Shown here piece by piece: positions 63,462 to 64,000 of a stretch of 64,000 bases of DNA. Numbering within the stretch: position 1 is the stretch's first letter; the number at the start of each line of letters is the position of its first letter. Origin of the DNA: Isurus oxyrinchus (taxonomy: Eukaryota); NCBI GenBank assembly GCA_026770705.1, contig JANJGN010000019.1:18786001-18850000 (forward strand), read 5' to 3'. The notes beneath the pieces were generated by a model. The model was not told where the DNA came from, ran no database searches, and saw nothing but the letters and a program-made list of their open reading frames with translations. The position numbers and the translations under genes are program-made.

Positions 63462-64000
63462 TCAAGAATTGACAGAAGATTCAAAGGGAAGTTGAAAACC
63501 TCAATGGTTATTTTATTCTTAAAGCAAAAGATTTTCTTTAAATTTGACCTCTAGATAAGCATCAATGTCAAACTTTGCAATCACTGACAAAGCAGAGAAT
63601 AAACATCTTAAATAAGATCTCCTCAAATCTGAGACAAGACAAAACTATGCTTTATACTTTAAATCTGAGTATAAACTGAGTGTATTATTTGTTTGAATAT
63701 CCTGCAGTTATTTTTAGGTGGATTTGAATCTCCTGCATTTATTTTTAAGTTGATTTCATATCCTGCATTTATACATTAGGTGGATTTGATTATTTTAAAT
63801 ATTTTACATTTTGAAATATTGTAACCATTACTGTAATGTGACATAGAATTTATTCTTATAATAAAATACAATTAAGTAATCATTATAAAAGTTGCAGACT
63901 CACTCTTTATACCTCAGGACCCTAACTTCTCCAGAATACTTAAATGGGGAATTCCATGCACTGAGAGTGGTTAACTCAGAAGAGTTTAATCTGCTATAAT

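Noticed and set aside
63190-63484. ORFs containing X runs
   Set aside because: They span the assembly gap.

Overview
This is vertebrate genomic DNA, most likely from a shark or other chondrichthyan (inferred from the repeat content: CR1-type LINEs, Deu-domain SINEs, Penelope-like elements, Harbinger MITEs). The only host gene I can support is fibulin-5 (fbln5) on the minus strand. Seven coding exons are visible, equivalent to human exons 2-8, at 55781-55700, 53426-53378, 52303-52037, 18633-18511, 14899-14783, 11796-11677 and 1035-913. All have AG/GT boundaries and compatible phases. Exon 1 was not located and the 3' exons lie left of the window. Most remaining sequence is intronic transposon debris. 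Four points stand out. (1) Young Penelope-like insertions carry at least seven near-intact minimal hammerhead-ribozyme motifs with a non-canonical core, including a tandem pair that is sense in the fbln5 pre-mRNA. (2) One of these insertions contains a perfect 218-bp palindrome. (3) This fibulin-5 has KGD instead of RGD and a fibulin-3/4-like leader. (4) There is a decayed two-gene Harbinger transposon with a family of related MITEs. No database search was run; comparisons with human proteins are from memory, and repeat boundaries are approximate unless TSDs are given.
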